In this document: positions 15,416-23,222 of the stretch, piece after piece | How positions within the stretch are numbered: the first letter of the stretch is position 1 | How the letters are laid out: every line of letters starts with the position of its first letter | Source: Endozoicomonas lisbonensis | GTDB lineage: Bacteria > Pseudomonadota > Gammaproteobacteria > Pseudomonadales > Endozoicomonadaceae | NCBI RefSeq assembly: GCF_040549045.1 | Contig: NZ_JBEWTB010000002.1 | Coordinates: 4,790,462-4,822,461 of the forward strand | DNA length: 32,000 nt | Direction of reading: 5' to 3' | Translations under genes and position numbers: made by a program | The notes under the pieces: generated by a model | Seen by the model: only the letters and a program-made list of their open reading frames with translations | Told to the model about the DNA's origin: nothing | Databases searched by the model: none

Positions 15416-18400
15416 GTTCTCGATAGCTTGCTTGATGACTCTTGAAAACGGCCTTTATCCTGTCTGCCGAACACCCTCTGATTGTTATCTAACTGTCGCT
15501 GCTGAATCTCTTTCCCGACATTGCTGCCAATATGTTCAGGAGGCATAGTCGTATCAAGATAATTGCCCTCCATCGGAAGTAAAGACTGCCCTTTCAACCA
15601 TTTTTCAACTGACTGTTCATACTGTCTCAGTTCTGGCTGGTAGAGCCGATTCATCTCTCCGATAAGTGTGAGTGCAGCATCGGTATGCTGCGGATTATCT
15701 GCGGCGTGGGTCAGATGATTAAATGCGTGCTGACCTAATACAGCTCCATGGTCTCCCCAGCCTCTACTGATCTCAGCAATGGATTGCCCCAGACGATGAC
15801 GACGATCTTCCGGATCAGAGCTTCGTTCATATGTTGGATCACGATCTTTAACCAATGACGCAAACGTCGCAGCCTGAGTATCCGTAAGACCTTGGGATAC
15901 GGCTCTATCAAAAGCTTCGTTATAGGTCAGCTTAAGCCCAGGTCCCGATGTGGAAGGGGCTGTACCATAGGCACTGTGTTTTAGCAGGCTGGTGATGTAG
16001 GGCTTACTTTGACCAGAATGGAGGAACTGGCCACTAATCGATTGACTGAACTGATTATGGGTTTTAGCCAGAGGCTGGAGAGCCTTGGGCAATTGTCGTA
16101 GGGCAGGTGATTGAAGATTTGCCTCTTGTAAGGTTTTTGATTCTGGTAGCTGGCTGGATTTTGACAGGCGTTGTTTAACCTGGTCGTCGCTTAGGGTTTC
16201 AGGTTGACGTAATGATCTATTCACAGTGCCTGCAAGACTGCCATCACTGACTGGTTGTGAAACCAATGACTGATTGGATTCAGGGCTGTGCTTCTGAGTA
16301 TCTGAGCTGATTATGCCCGCTTTCTGCAAAGCTTCACCCAGCCTTCCCAAATCTGTCTCACTGGAACTATTCAGATAAGTTGAAACCAATGCCGCAGCCA
16401 GTGTTTCTGATGAGTTGGCAAACTGCCCACTGAATCGTTGAACATTGCGGTTAACCTGCTGCTGGAACTCAGGATCAAAGGGCTTTGATTGCAGTATGTT
16501 CATGGCTGGTTCTGAAGTTGCCAGGCGGTTTGTCCAGACAGCAGGGCCACTTTTCAGAGCCTGTCCCAGTTGTTGCTGTAACTGACTGGCTTGCTCATAA
16601 CTCTTTTCGTTAGTAAGACTGTCCTGCGCCATTTTCTGGTAGGACTGGTTATCAGTTATACCCAGTTCTTTCATCCAGCTTTGGGAATAACTTTGACTGG
16701 CGTCCATTGAGAGGGCTTTCTGAAGTTGAGAACTCCAGTTCTTTGAAAAGCTTTCTTTGTTCAGGTATGAAATTGCATTCTGGAACACATCTGTCTTGAT
16801 CTCTCGGTTGGCTCCAGTGCTTTGCTTTTGATAATTTCCGTGAACTCCAAATAAGCTGCCCAGCAAGCCATTTTTCGAAATACCAGCTCCGGTTTCAAGT
16901 ATCTTTGTAGTTGCCATATCTTTAGCTGTTTGAGAGTTCAGACCAAACTGTTTTTGTAAATCTCTCGCTAAATCATCCCTCATCTGGGCGGTCTGGCTTT
17001 GGCCTGTGCTCAGGCTACTGCTGAACTGCCGTAACTCCCGGCTATCAATAGTGTCACCATACCGTTGCTGAATCGCATGACTGGTTGCCTGGCTGAAAGC
17101 CATCCCGGAAGATTTTCGTGCCGCATCTTTCGATTGCACGAGATTGGATAGGTGACTACCGGCCGATAATGCCGGAACCACCTGATCAATCTGTCCGCGA
17201 GTCGCTCCCTGTTGTGGTCCGATATTCCAGCCTGCCTGCTGGTTGATGGCAGAACCGGGCATCATAATATCTGGGGCAGAAACCTTCTCATTTACGAAAT
17301 CACCGCTTTGCATTCTGCCAGCAAGGTGAGTAGCGGTTATGGCACTGCCATAGAGCAACATCAGAACCAGGGCTGGGGTAGACGCTGCCATCAGACCTCC
17401 AACACCTAACCAATATTCCAGAATCGGTCCCGACTCCATAATTCCGGTGAAACTGGTGATCGGAGCTGAAAGTGCAGCCATCGCTCCCTGTGAGACCAGA
17501 GTAATATAAAGGTTATTGATCGCAAGTACTGGCATCCACAGCTGAATCCATAACAACAGCATCAGATATTTGAAGGCCAGACGGACTCCAAACAATCCGA
17601 CACAGACCAACAACCCCATCAGTGGAGTCACTGCAAACACAAATCCTTCGATATAAGCCATCATTGCCCGCATACTACTCAGAAACAAATGCTGTTCGCC
17701 TGCCCACTGGGTATTGCGCTGCAATATTGCCTGCTGGGTCATAATGGCAGCTTGCGGTTGTTGCATGTTCTGTAGTTTTTCGATGGTGGCATCGTGATAT
17801 ATGGGGAGCAGGGCAGAAGCCATCAGAAAATTACGGCTCGATTCGGCACCCTGGCTTAATGCCTGTAGTGCTGAACCCAAGGATAAGTTTCTGTCAGGGA
17901 AGGCGTTTTCTCTTTGAATCTGCTGATCGAACCAGCTCATCATTCTCGGCTTCAACCAGGTGAATGCTTCTGTGCAGGTCACATTGGTAGGCTGACTATT
18001 TTTATAAATCAAAGTCCCGAATACTTCAGAAGGAAATTCCAGTGCGGCTAGAATATCGCTGTTATTGAAGACCTCATGAACTGTCTTGAAATTCAGATCA
18101 ATGCCAATCAGGGTGCATTCCTTGATGTAGTTTCGCCATGACTGAGCCAGCGCCGGATTGTTCTGAAACTGGTTCATAGCTTTGCTACGAGCTTCCATCA
18201 TTCGAGTCAGACTGGACAAATACCCATTACGGGTGAGCTTTGCAGCATCGGTACTATGGAAAGTTTGCTCAAAGGTTTCCGTCAGCTTCCAGGTCAGTGT
18301 TGAAAGCATACTGGCTGTCAGGACGATACCAAATGGCACATTATCGACCTTGCGGTTGGTGTCGGTGTAAACATCATATATATCTACATCGATACCCTTG

Positions 18401-18642
18401 TAGCTCTTGCCAGCCGCAGGCAAACCAAACAGAGCTGAGTAAATCAGCAGGCTTAGCAGCAGATGTTGAAATGCCGGGAACTTGCCAGCCATCAGCCCCT
18501 GTAGAGCGAGATAAAATGCACCAATAGTGAAACCAATCTTGATGGTCATCAGGAATTCAGGATCATTGACGATCATCACCAGGCCATTCAGGACGGTGTA
18601 GAGAAATCGAGCGTCGCCAATGGAATAAATGGTTTCTATCAT
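15352..18642 (-). CDS. traG: TraG (F-type mating-pair stabilisation / pilus assembly protein, TraG_N family)
   Basis: 1096 aa. The N-terminus MIETIYSIGDARFLYTVLNGLVMI and a multi-TM N-terminal half are typical of F/SXT TraG. A long Q/S-rich C-terminal half follows. ATGA overlap with the traH stop. Confidence 0.85.
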   Translation of the reverse strand: MIETIYSIGDARFLYTVLNGLVMIVNDPEFLMTIKIGFTIGAFYLALQGLMAGKFPAFQHLLLSLLIYSALFGLPAAGKSYKGIDVDIYDVYTDTNRKVDNVPFGIVLTASMLSTLTWKLTETFEQTFHSTDAAKLTRNGYLSSLTRMMEARSKAMNQFQNNPALAQSWRNYIKECTLIGIDLNFKTVHEVFNNSDILAALEFPSEVFGTLIYKNSQPTNVTCTEAFTWLKPRMMSWFDQQIQRENAFPDRNLSLGSALQALSQGAESSRNFLMASALLPIYHDATIEKLQNMQQPQAAIMTQQAILQRNTQWAGEQHLFLSSMRAMMAYIEGFVFAVTPLMGLLVCVGLFGVRLAFKYLMLLLWIQLWMPVLAINNLYITLVSQGAMAALSAPITSFTGIMESGPILEYWLGVGGLMAASTPALVLMLLYGSAITATHLAGRMQSGDFVNEKVSAPDIMMPGSAINQQAGWNIGPQQGATRGQIDQVVPALSAGSHLSNLVQSKDAARKSSGMAFSQATSHAIQQRYGDTIDSRELRQFSSSLSTGQSQTAQMRDDLARDLQKQFGLNSQTAKDMATTKILETGAGISKNGLLGSLFGVHGNYQKQSTGANREIKTDVFQNAISYLNKESFSKNWSSQLQKALSMDASQSYSQSWMKELGITDNQSYQKMAQDSLTNEKSYEQASQLQQQLGQALKSGPAVWTNRLATSEPAMNILQSKPFDPEFQQQVNRNVQRFSGQFANSSETLAAALVSTYLNSSSETDLGRLGEALQKAGIISSDTQKHSPESNQSLVSQPVSDGSLAGTVNRSLRQPETLSDDQVKQRLSKSSQLPESKTLQEANLQSPALRQLPKALQPLAKTHNQFSQSISGQFLHSGQSKPYITSLLKHSAYGTAPSTSGPGLKLTYNEAFDRAVSQGLTDTQAATFASLVKDRDPTYERSSDPEDRRHRLGQSIAEISRGWGDHGAVLGQHAFNHLTHAADNPQHTDAALTLIGEMNRLYQPELRQYEQSVEKWLKGQSLLPMEGNYLDTTMPPEHIGSNVGKEIQQRQLDNNQRVFGRQDKGRFQESSSKLSRTQRDMSQKLSDFIKPDSGRPP

Positions 18643-20072
18643 TTGGTTTTCTGATAGTGTGCAGAGTGATCAGGTTCCAGATGAAGCCTCTGGTATCGTT
18701 TCTGTTCAGCCACCGCCAGCATATGGCGATAATCCTGAATCAATTCACCAAATCGGCCATAGCGTTCTCCCAATCTTTGAAGTTCCTGGTGTAGCTGTGT
18801 TTTTGAAGACTTCAAAGTCTCCTGAAGCTGTTGAGCGAATGGATGATAGTCACCTTCCATTTTCACCAGCGAGACCGTGATATGGTGCAGGTCTTCCATA
18901 AACTGATGCACCATGTAAAAAGCAATATGGGGTGCTGCCTGGGCTATAAACAGTTTGGCTAACTGAACGTCGGCAGCCGTTAGGTTGCGTATCATACCTC
19001 CGGTGCCGACAGGCAAATTCTGAAGCAGTGCTGTGGCTGAAACACCGTTTACTGTAAGCAGGGAATCTTTTGCGTTGCGATGCCAGTGATCAGCCAAAGC
19101 ATTCAGCAATTGGATTAAGTGCTCAGACAGCCCAGAGAGTTTCTGCTTATCCATCAATGTCATAGACAAACAACCTGAGTGGTTACGACAACGGTACAGA
19201 CCCACCTGCTCAGAGCCGTAAATCAGGTCTTCCACTTTCAGCTGGTTACCGATATAACTGAAAAGCCGTGGTTGAGTATCACCAGAATCCATGGAAACAA
19301 TGATCGTCCCGGTCAGGCTCATAACTGCTTCCCGATATTCATTGCCGGTAATGGCTGAAGATTTTTTCAGTGCATTCCACACCAGATTCCCCAGCATCTT
19401 TTCCTGATCCTGTGGACTGGATGATTGCCGCCAGGCTTTCACCGGATCACGGTTGGATAATCCAGTGCCGGTAAACGACTGGAAAGTATCAGCAACATTG
19501 GCACGGCTGATATTGAGCGAAGCATCGGTCTGAAACTTCTTCATGGCCGCAGGCATCGGCATACTGTTCACTATGCCTTGCCCCATTTGGCAGGAATTGG
19601 AGAACAGACTGTTTAGGTGCATGATCTTTTCCTGCAAGGCTTCAATATGCTGATACGCCTTTTCGTTCATGGCGCTGATTGCCAAACCCAGAAGATAACC
19701 AGAAGCATTGCCGGCAATGTCCCGGATCAGTTTGTTGAACTGTTCGCTGTTGATGAAAGAAAACGAGCCTCCATATAGATCAATACCACCGCAGCCTGCT
19801 GAAAACTCAGGAGGCACAAAGCCCATAAGATTGGTCTCGTTGATCCGGGTTCGGGCATGAAAAGAGCCTCCTGAAATAACTCCACGACGTTGAGTCTGAT
19901 ATACCGCCGGATCAGAACTGCTGGAAAGAGTGTTTAGCATTTTGTTCAGTTCCTGCTGTAGTGAACTGGCATGGACCAGCGCTATACAACAGGCAATGAG
20001 TAAACCTGTGAGCAGCAATTGATAAAATGGTTTATGGCTGCTCCTGATCTTTTGGATTGTTCTCTTCATCAT
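18639..20072 (-). CDS. traH: TraH (periplasmic pilus assembly protein)
   Basis: Signal peptide LLLTGLLIACCIALVHA. TraH hallmark SAGCGGIDLYGGSFSFINSEQF...AGNASGYLLGLAI. The start is taken at the tandem ATG 20072/20069. The upstream part of the tracked ORF overlaps the preceding gene. Confidence 0.85.
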   Translation of the reverse strand: MMKRTIQKIRSSHKPFYQLLLTGLLIACCIALVHASSLQQELNKMLNTLSSSSDPAVYQTQRRGVISGGSFHARTRINETNLMGFVPPEFSAGCGGIDLYGGSFSFINSEQFNKLIRDIAGNASGYLLGLAISAMNEKAYQHIEALQEKIMHLNSLFSNSCQMGQGIVNSMPMPAAMKKFQTDASLNISRANVADTFQSFTGTGLSNRDPVKAWRQSSSPQDQEKMLGNLVWNALKKSSAITGNEYREAVMSLTGTIIVSMDSGDTQPRLFSYIGNQLKVEDLIYGSEQVGLYRCRNHSGCLSMTLMDKQKLSGLSEHLIQLLNALADHWHRNAKDSLLTVNGVSATALLQNLPVGTGGMIRNLTAADVQLAKLFIAQAAPHIAFYMVHQFMEDLHHITVSLVKMEGDYHPFAQQLQETLKSSKTQLHQELQRLGERYGRFGELIQDYRHMLAVAEQKRYQRLHLEPDHSAHYQKTK

Positions 20073-20601
20073 CACTATGCTGGAGCTTCTGGTATTGAAT
20101 GTACTGGCTGCGTAGCGGAGCAAAACGCTCAGAACAGAAGCTTATGCTCTTGCTGATGATCTGCCCCCACTCATGAATTGGTTTTCTTGACTCCATCCGT
20201 CCCCATTGCCGGGTCAGCCACAAGCGGTCACATTTCTGAATGAGAAGATCGTAATTCTTCAGAATATCGACGTAGGTGATGACCTGGGGAGTTGTACACT
20301 GGATCGTAAAATTTTTCGGCTTGTTATAACGGATCGATGCTTTGCTGTTGTTCGGTTGGGGCATGGCATCAAGAAAGTTCTGTAGGTTTTGATCCAGGCA
20401 GTCGAATTCCTGAGTGATCTGCTCAATGGCTTTGGTTGATAAATCATGCAGTGACTGATTTTCGGAGTAAACGACTTCAAGCATAAACAGAAGGTTTTTC
20501 AAACGATAATCCATCCACTGGCACATCCTCTGTCCCTGATGAGTTTTTAAACTGAAGTCCATCAGCAAAGCTGGCTGGGAACGATTTTTTCGTTTTCTCA
20601 T
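20032..20601 (-). CDS. Hypothetical cytoplasmic protein, first gene of the tra operon (possibly a DUF1845/AcaB-like ICE protein; unverified)
   Basis: 189-aa ORF with no signal peptide or TM segment and an acidic C-terminal tail. It is co-directional with traH and overlaps it. I cannot confirm any diagnostic motif by eye. Confidence 0.45.
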   Translation of the reverse strand: MRKRKNRSQPALLMDFSLKTHQGQRMCQWMDYRLKNLLFMLEVVYSENQSLHDLSTKAIEQITQEFDCLDQNLQNFLDAMPQPNNSKASIRYNKPKNFTIQCTTPQVITYVDILKNYDLLIQKCDRLWLTRQWGRMESRKPIHEWGQIISKSISFCSERFAPLRSQYIQYQKLQHSDDEENNPKDQEQP

Positions 20602-20916
20602 TTCAAAATGCGGGTTGAGCTTAATGAGTTCGCACCCACGCTACCGCCCGTCCTCGACCATAGGGGAATTCGGCAAGCATTTTTTACAGACAAAAAGACA
20701 CCTGTTTTTTGCAGAGAAAAAACAAAGCAGGAGGAATTGGTTAAGTTCAGCAGCTCAAAAAATGAGTAGAACTTTAACCTGATCGTAATGAAATGAGAGT
20801 TGTGACGCGGAAAATCAGCTTTGATAAAAAAGCGGAGCGCAGGGAAGGGCTCTTTAAACAGAGTAAGGTCGTCATGATACAACTCCTGAGAGAAGCTCAC
20901 GCCGAAGTCACAAGCT

Positions 20917-20935
20917 GACTGCCAGAAAGGCAGTC
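20917..20935. repeat. Perfect 7-bp stem / 5-nt loop hairpin in the tra operon upstream region
   Basis: GACTGCC-AGAAA-GGCAGTC read directly. It has no U-tract on either strand. Confidence 0.6.
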
Positions 20936-21002
20936 TGGTGGCTTTGACATATTGGTAGTAACAAGAAACCTGACCAAGTGAAGAGGATTCTTGCAGATTT
21001 AA

Positions 21003-21034
21003 GATCAGGTATTTATTCGGCTAAATACCTGATC
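21003..21034. promoter_or_regulatory. Perfect 13-bp inverted repeat (operator or weak terminator) between the luxR-family gene and the tra operon
   Basis: GATCAGGTATTTA-ttcggc-TAAATACCTGATC read directly. It lies 105 nt downstream of the regulator stop and about 400 nt upstream of the first tra ORF. The AT-rich stem has no clear U-tract. Confidence 0.5.
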
Positions 21035-21139
21035 AATGGTGGATTATAGATGAGATTAAAGTTTGCCAGGGAAAAGTTGAAAGCTATTTTTTAATAAACA
21101 ATATTGGTTTTTATAACTCTCTTTTGAAGACGCAAAATG

Positions 21140-21961
21140 CTATGAGAGAATGATTGAAATCTGTTTTCCGGTGAAACGTGATGGCAGATGCTGGTGATAG
21201 CCCTTTGCAATAGCCGCCTCAACAATATCGGGAAGGCGACGAACCCCCAGCTTAATTTTCAGCATTTCAACACGGCTTCTTGCCGCACGCTCAGTAATAT
21301 TTAGAATTCGGGCGATTTCTTTTACCTTTCTGCCGCATAGCAACAAGAAAAGAACTTCAGCAATAGGATCGGTTAAATCTGCTGGACGCTGATGAATGAT
21401 GGAGATATCGGATTTGCCTGTGAAATAGTTGTAGAGTCTTTGCAGCCCCATAACGCCATCTTTCCAATAATCCAGCACGTCCCGACCCTGATGTAAAGTG
21501 CCGACTATTTCTGCATCAGTGGCCCTGACGTCAGAAGGTGTAATGATCTCGTTGTCCAGTAGAAAAATGGGTGTTTTGCGGAAAATATAAACAAACCACT
21601 CGCTATCTTTACTGGGATGTATATCAAGAACCTCAATGGCTTTTCGTTCTTGCAGACAGTGATGATTTTGTTCCACAAAATCAGTGGCACAGACGTCATA
21701 GCAAGCAGCGGGAGGCTCGGTCATATGACGACCTTCAAAATCATATTTTTTATTGAGCCCTACCACTTTGTTGAGATTTTTATTGGCGTAGGCAAAGCGA
21801 TTCTGGGTATCCATTATGTCCCAGACATCCTGGGGATGGTATTCCATCAAAGCACGATAGTGCGATATTACAGAGCGAGCCTTTTCCATAACAGAATGAC
21901 TGTCTTTTCGGGTGATGGATGAAAAAATACGTTTGTTGTTTTGAGGAAGATAATCAAACAC
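21140..21961 (-). CDS. LuxR/GerE-family transcriptional regulator with an N-terminal PAS-like sensor region
   Basis: C-terminal HTH: AEVLFLLLCGRKVKEIARILNITERAARSRVEMLKIKLG. The N-terminal ~190 aa are PAS-like (VWDIMDTQNRFAYANKNLNKVVGL). The start codon is GTG at 21961 with no obvious SD, so the start is uncertain. Confidence 0.8.
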   Translation of the reverse strand: MFDYLPQNNKRIFSSITRKDSHSVMEKARSVISHYRALMEYHPQDVWDIMDTQNRFAYANKNLNKVVGLNKKYDFEGRHMTEPPAACYDVCATDFVEQNHHCLQERKAIEVLDIHPSKDSEWFVYIFRKTPIFLLDNEIITPSDVRATDAEIVGTLHQGRDVLDYWKDGVMGLQRLYNYFTGKSDISIIHQRPADLTDPIAEVLFLLLCGRKVKEIARILNITERAARSRVEMLKIKLGVRRLPDIVEAAIAKGYHQHLPSRFTGKQISIILS

Positions 21962-21982
21962 TCGGATGCCTATGTGACTGCT

Positions 21983-22378
21983 CTATGTAACGAGGCAGGG
22001 CAGCATGATCCGGTCGCTATTGAGATGTTCAGGCGGGCAGACAAACATCAGTACCAGGTCAGATGTCGCCTTGAGCTGGTGTGCGGTACCGGCGTCTATG
22101 GTGAAGTTGTCCCCTGTAGACACCTTGCGTGACAGTGTCTCGCCAATCTGACCGTTATCATCTACCGCTGCGGTATAAATAATGCCTTCGCCGGAAAGGA
22201 TAGAATAGACCTCTTCTCCAGCGGTGTGATAGTGGCAGCCGACCTTGTTGCCTTCCTTGATTTCAGCACTGAACAGGCAGAAATCTTTGCCAGAAGAGAG
22301 CGGCGCAATGGCAATTCCGACATTTTCATCTGTTTTAGCCAAGTTGAGGGCTTCTTTGATATTGATAACGGTGTTCAC
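21983..22378 (-). CDS. Cupin-domain protein
   Basis: Cupin motif 1 GCHYHTAGEEVYSILSGEG and motif 2 GDNFTIDAGTAHQL. It is 131 aa with a GTG start, 21 nt upstream of and co-directional with the LuxR-family gene. Confidence 0.75.
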   Translation of the reverse strand: MNTVINIKEALNLAKTDENVGIAIAPLSSGKDFCLFSAEIKEGNKVGCHYHTAGEEVYSILSGEGIIYTAAVDDNGQIGETLSRKVSTGDNFTIDAGTAHQLKATSDLVLMFVCPPEHLNSDRIMLPCLVT

Positions 22379-22785
22379 AATACTTCACTCAATATGAATT
22401 TTTATTCGATCGCTCAAAGCATTGTTGAAGATTTGGAAAAGGCAAGATTATTGAATGGCAGTTATTAAAATGATTTGAAATTGATAATAGGCTGATTAAT
22501 AACCGTTTGATACAGGAAAAATTACAGGTTTGTTTTTTGGAAAGCTGATTTATACTGCGAACGATTTGTTTTTAATGAGAGGCCACTTCTGTTATTTCGA
22601 TTGAATTTTAATACTGAACCCCGTCAAATGAATTTGAGAAGCCGACCTGTTAACTCCGATACCCTTTTATCCAGAAGCGTTATCCGTAAGCAGTAAGAGA
22701 CAGAGTACCCAGCCGAATGGGCACTCCGCCGATGTTCACCAATAGGGGTGAACCGGCCTCTCAACCAGCCCCTACCAATATGTCA

Positions 22786-22910
22786 AAGTCACAGGCTGAT
22801 TGTGAAACCGCTGGTTATTATAGTCAGACCTGTGACTTGGGCGTAAATACTTTTTTGGAGTATTTATGTTCAGGTATCTCCTGTGGGCATCCTTTGTTTT
22901 AAAGGATGCC
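22786..22910. other. Cluster of perfect hairpins in a non-coding spacer
   Basis: Three hairpins were read directly. AAGTCACAGG(CTGA) at 22786-22799 pairs with (TCAG)aCCTGTGACTT at 22824-22838. AAATACT-tttttgg-AGTATTT lies at 22845-22865. GGCATCCTTT-gtttt-AAAGGATGCC lies at 22886-22910. Confidence 0.7.
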
Positions 22911-23106
22911 AGTTTAAACCTTCTGTTCCTCCGGTATGCTTCAAAGCATGCTCTTCTGCTGATCGTCCGATCGAGACTGTTCCGAAGTTTATACCCGATT
23001 TTCCGGTAATCGCTGTGCATCCTGCTGTTGTTTGACAGGCAGCAGATACTTTCAATCCGGCACAGCGAACTGCTCTGCTTTCCTCCCATGGAAACCATGA
23101 AAAGAA

Positions 23107-23132
23107 AAAGCCCGGTCACGGAACCGGGCTTT
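23107..23132. terminator. Intrinsic terminator hairpin: canonical on the minus strand, weaker on the plus strand
   Basis: AAAGCCCGGT-cacgga-ACCGGGCTTT. The minus-strand 3' tail is TTTTTCTTTTC. The plus-strand tail is TTTCTGT. Confidence 0.55.
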
Positions 23133-23222
23133 CTGTAGCAATGTTTGTTGTGTCAGTGCAGGACCATACATTGCCTGTTCTCTGTTTAGTTGAGATTGGC
23201 GTGTCTGGCAAGGTTTCTTGTC

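Larger units (their letters stand above)
14..20601 (-). mobile_element. Conjugative transfer (MPF-F / SXT-R391-like gene content) module of an ICE or conjugative plasmid
   Basis: About 20.6 kb of co-directional ORFs with minimal gaps or overlapping stop/start codons. They encode recognisable TraH, TraG, TraC, TrbC/TraW, TraU, TraN, TraL, TraE, TraK, TraB, TraV, pilin-like, TraI(MOBH)-like and TraD proteins. No integrase or att site is in the window, so ICE versus plasmid is unresolved. Confidence 0.85.

Noticed and set aside
20598-20900. 100-aa minus-strand ORF directly upstream of the first tra gene
   Set aside because: The sequence does not look like a protein (MSFSQELYHDDLTLFKEPFPALRFFIKADF...), has no SD, and lies in a region with A/T runs and hairpins. 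It is more likely leader/promoter DNA of the tra operon.
22850-23100. Roughly ten GGA motifs on the minus strand, suggesting a CsrB/RsmZ-like CsrA-sponge RNA
   Set aside because: The motifs are not consistently placed in hairpin loops on that strand. The only good minus-strand terminator is at the wrong (5') end of such an RNA. It is probably a by-product of TCC-rich plus-strand sequence.
22380-23190. Possible tRNA/tmRNA gene or att site, which ICEs often flank
   Set aside because: I looked for a cloverleaf-compatible acceptor/T-arm (GTTCRANYC-type T-loop, tmRNA 3' end) and found none by eye. No direct repeat matching elsewhere in the window was seen. Running tRNAscan/ARAGORN would be the proper check.
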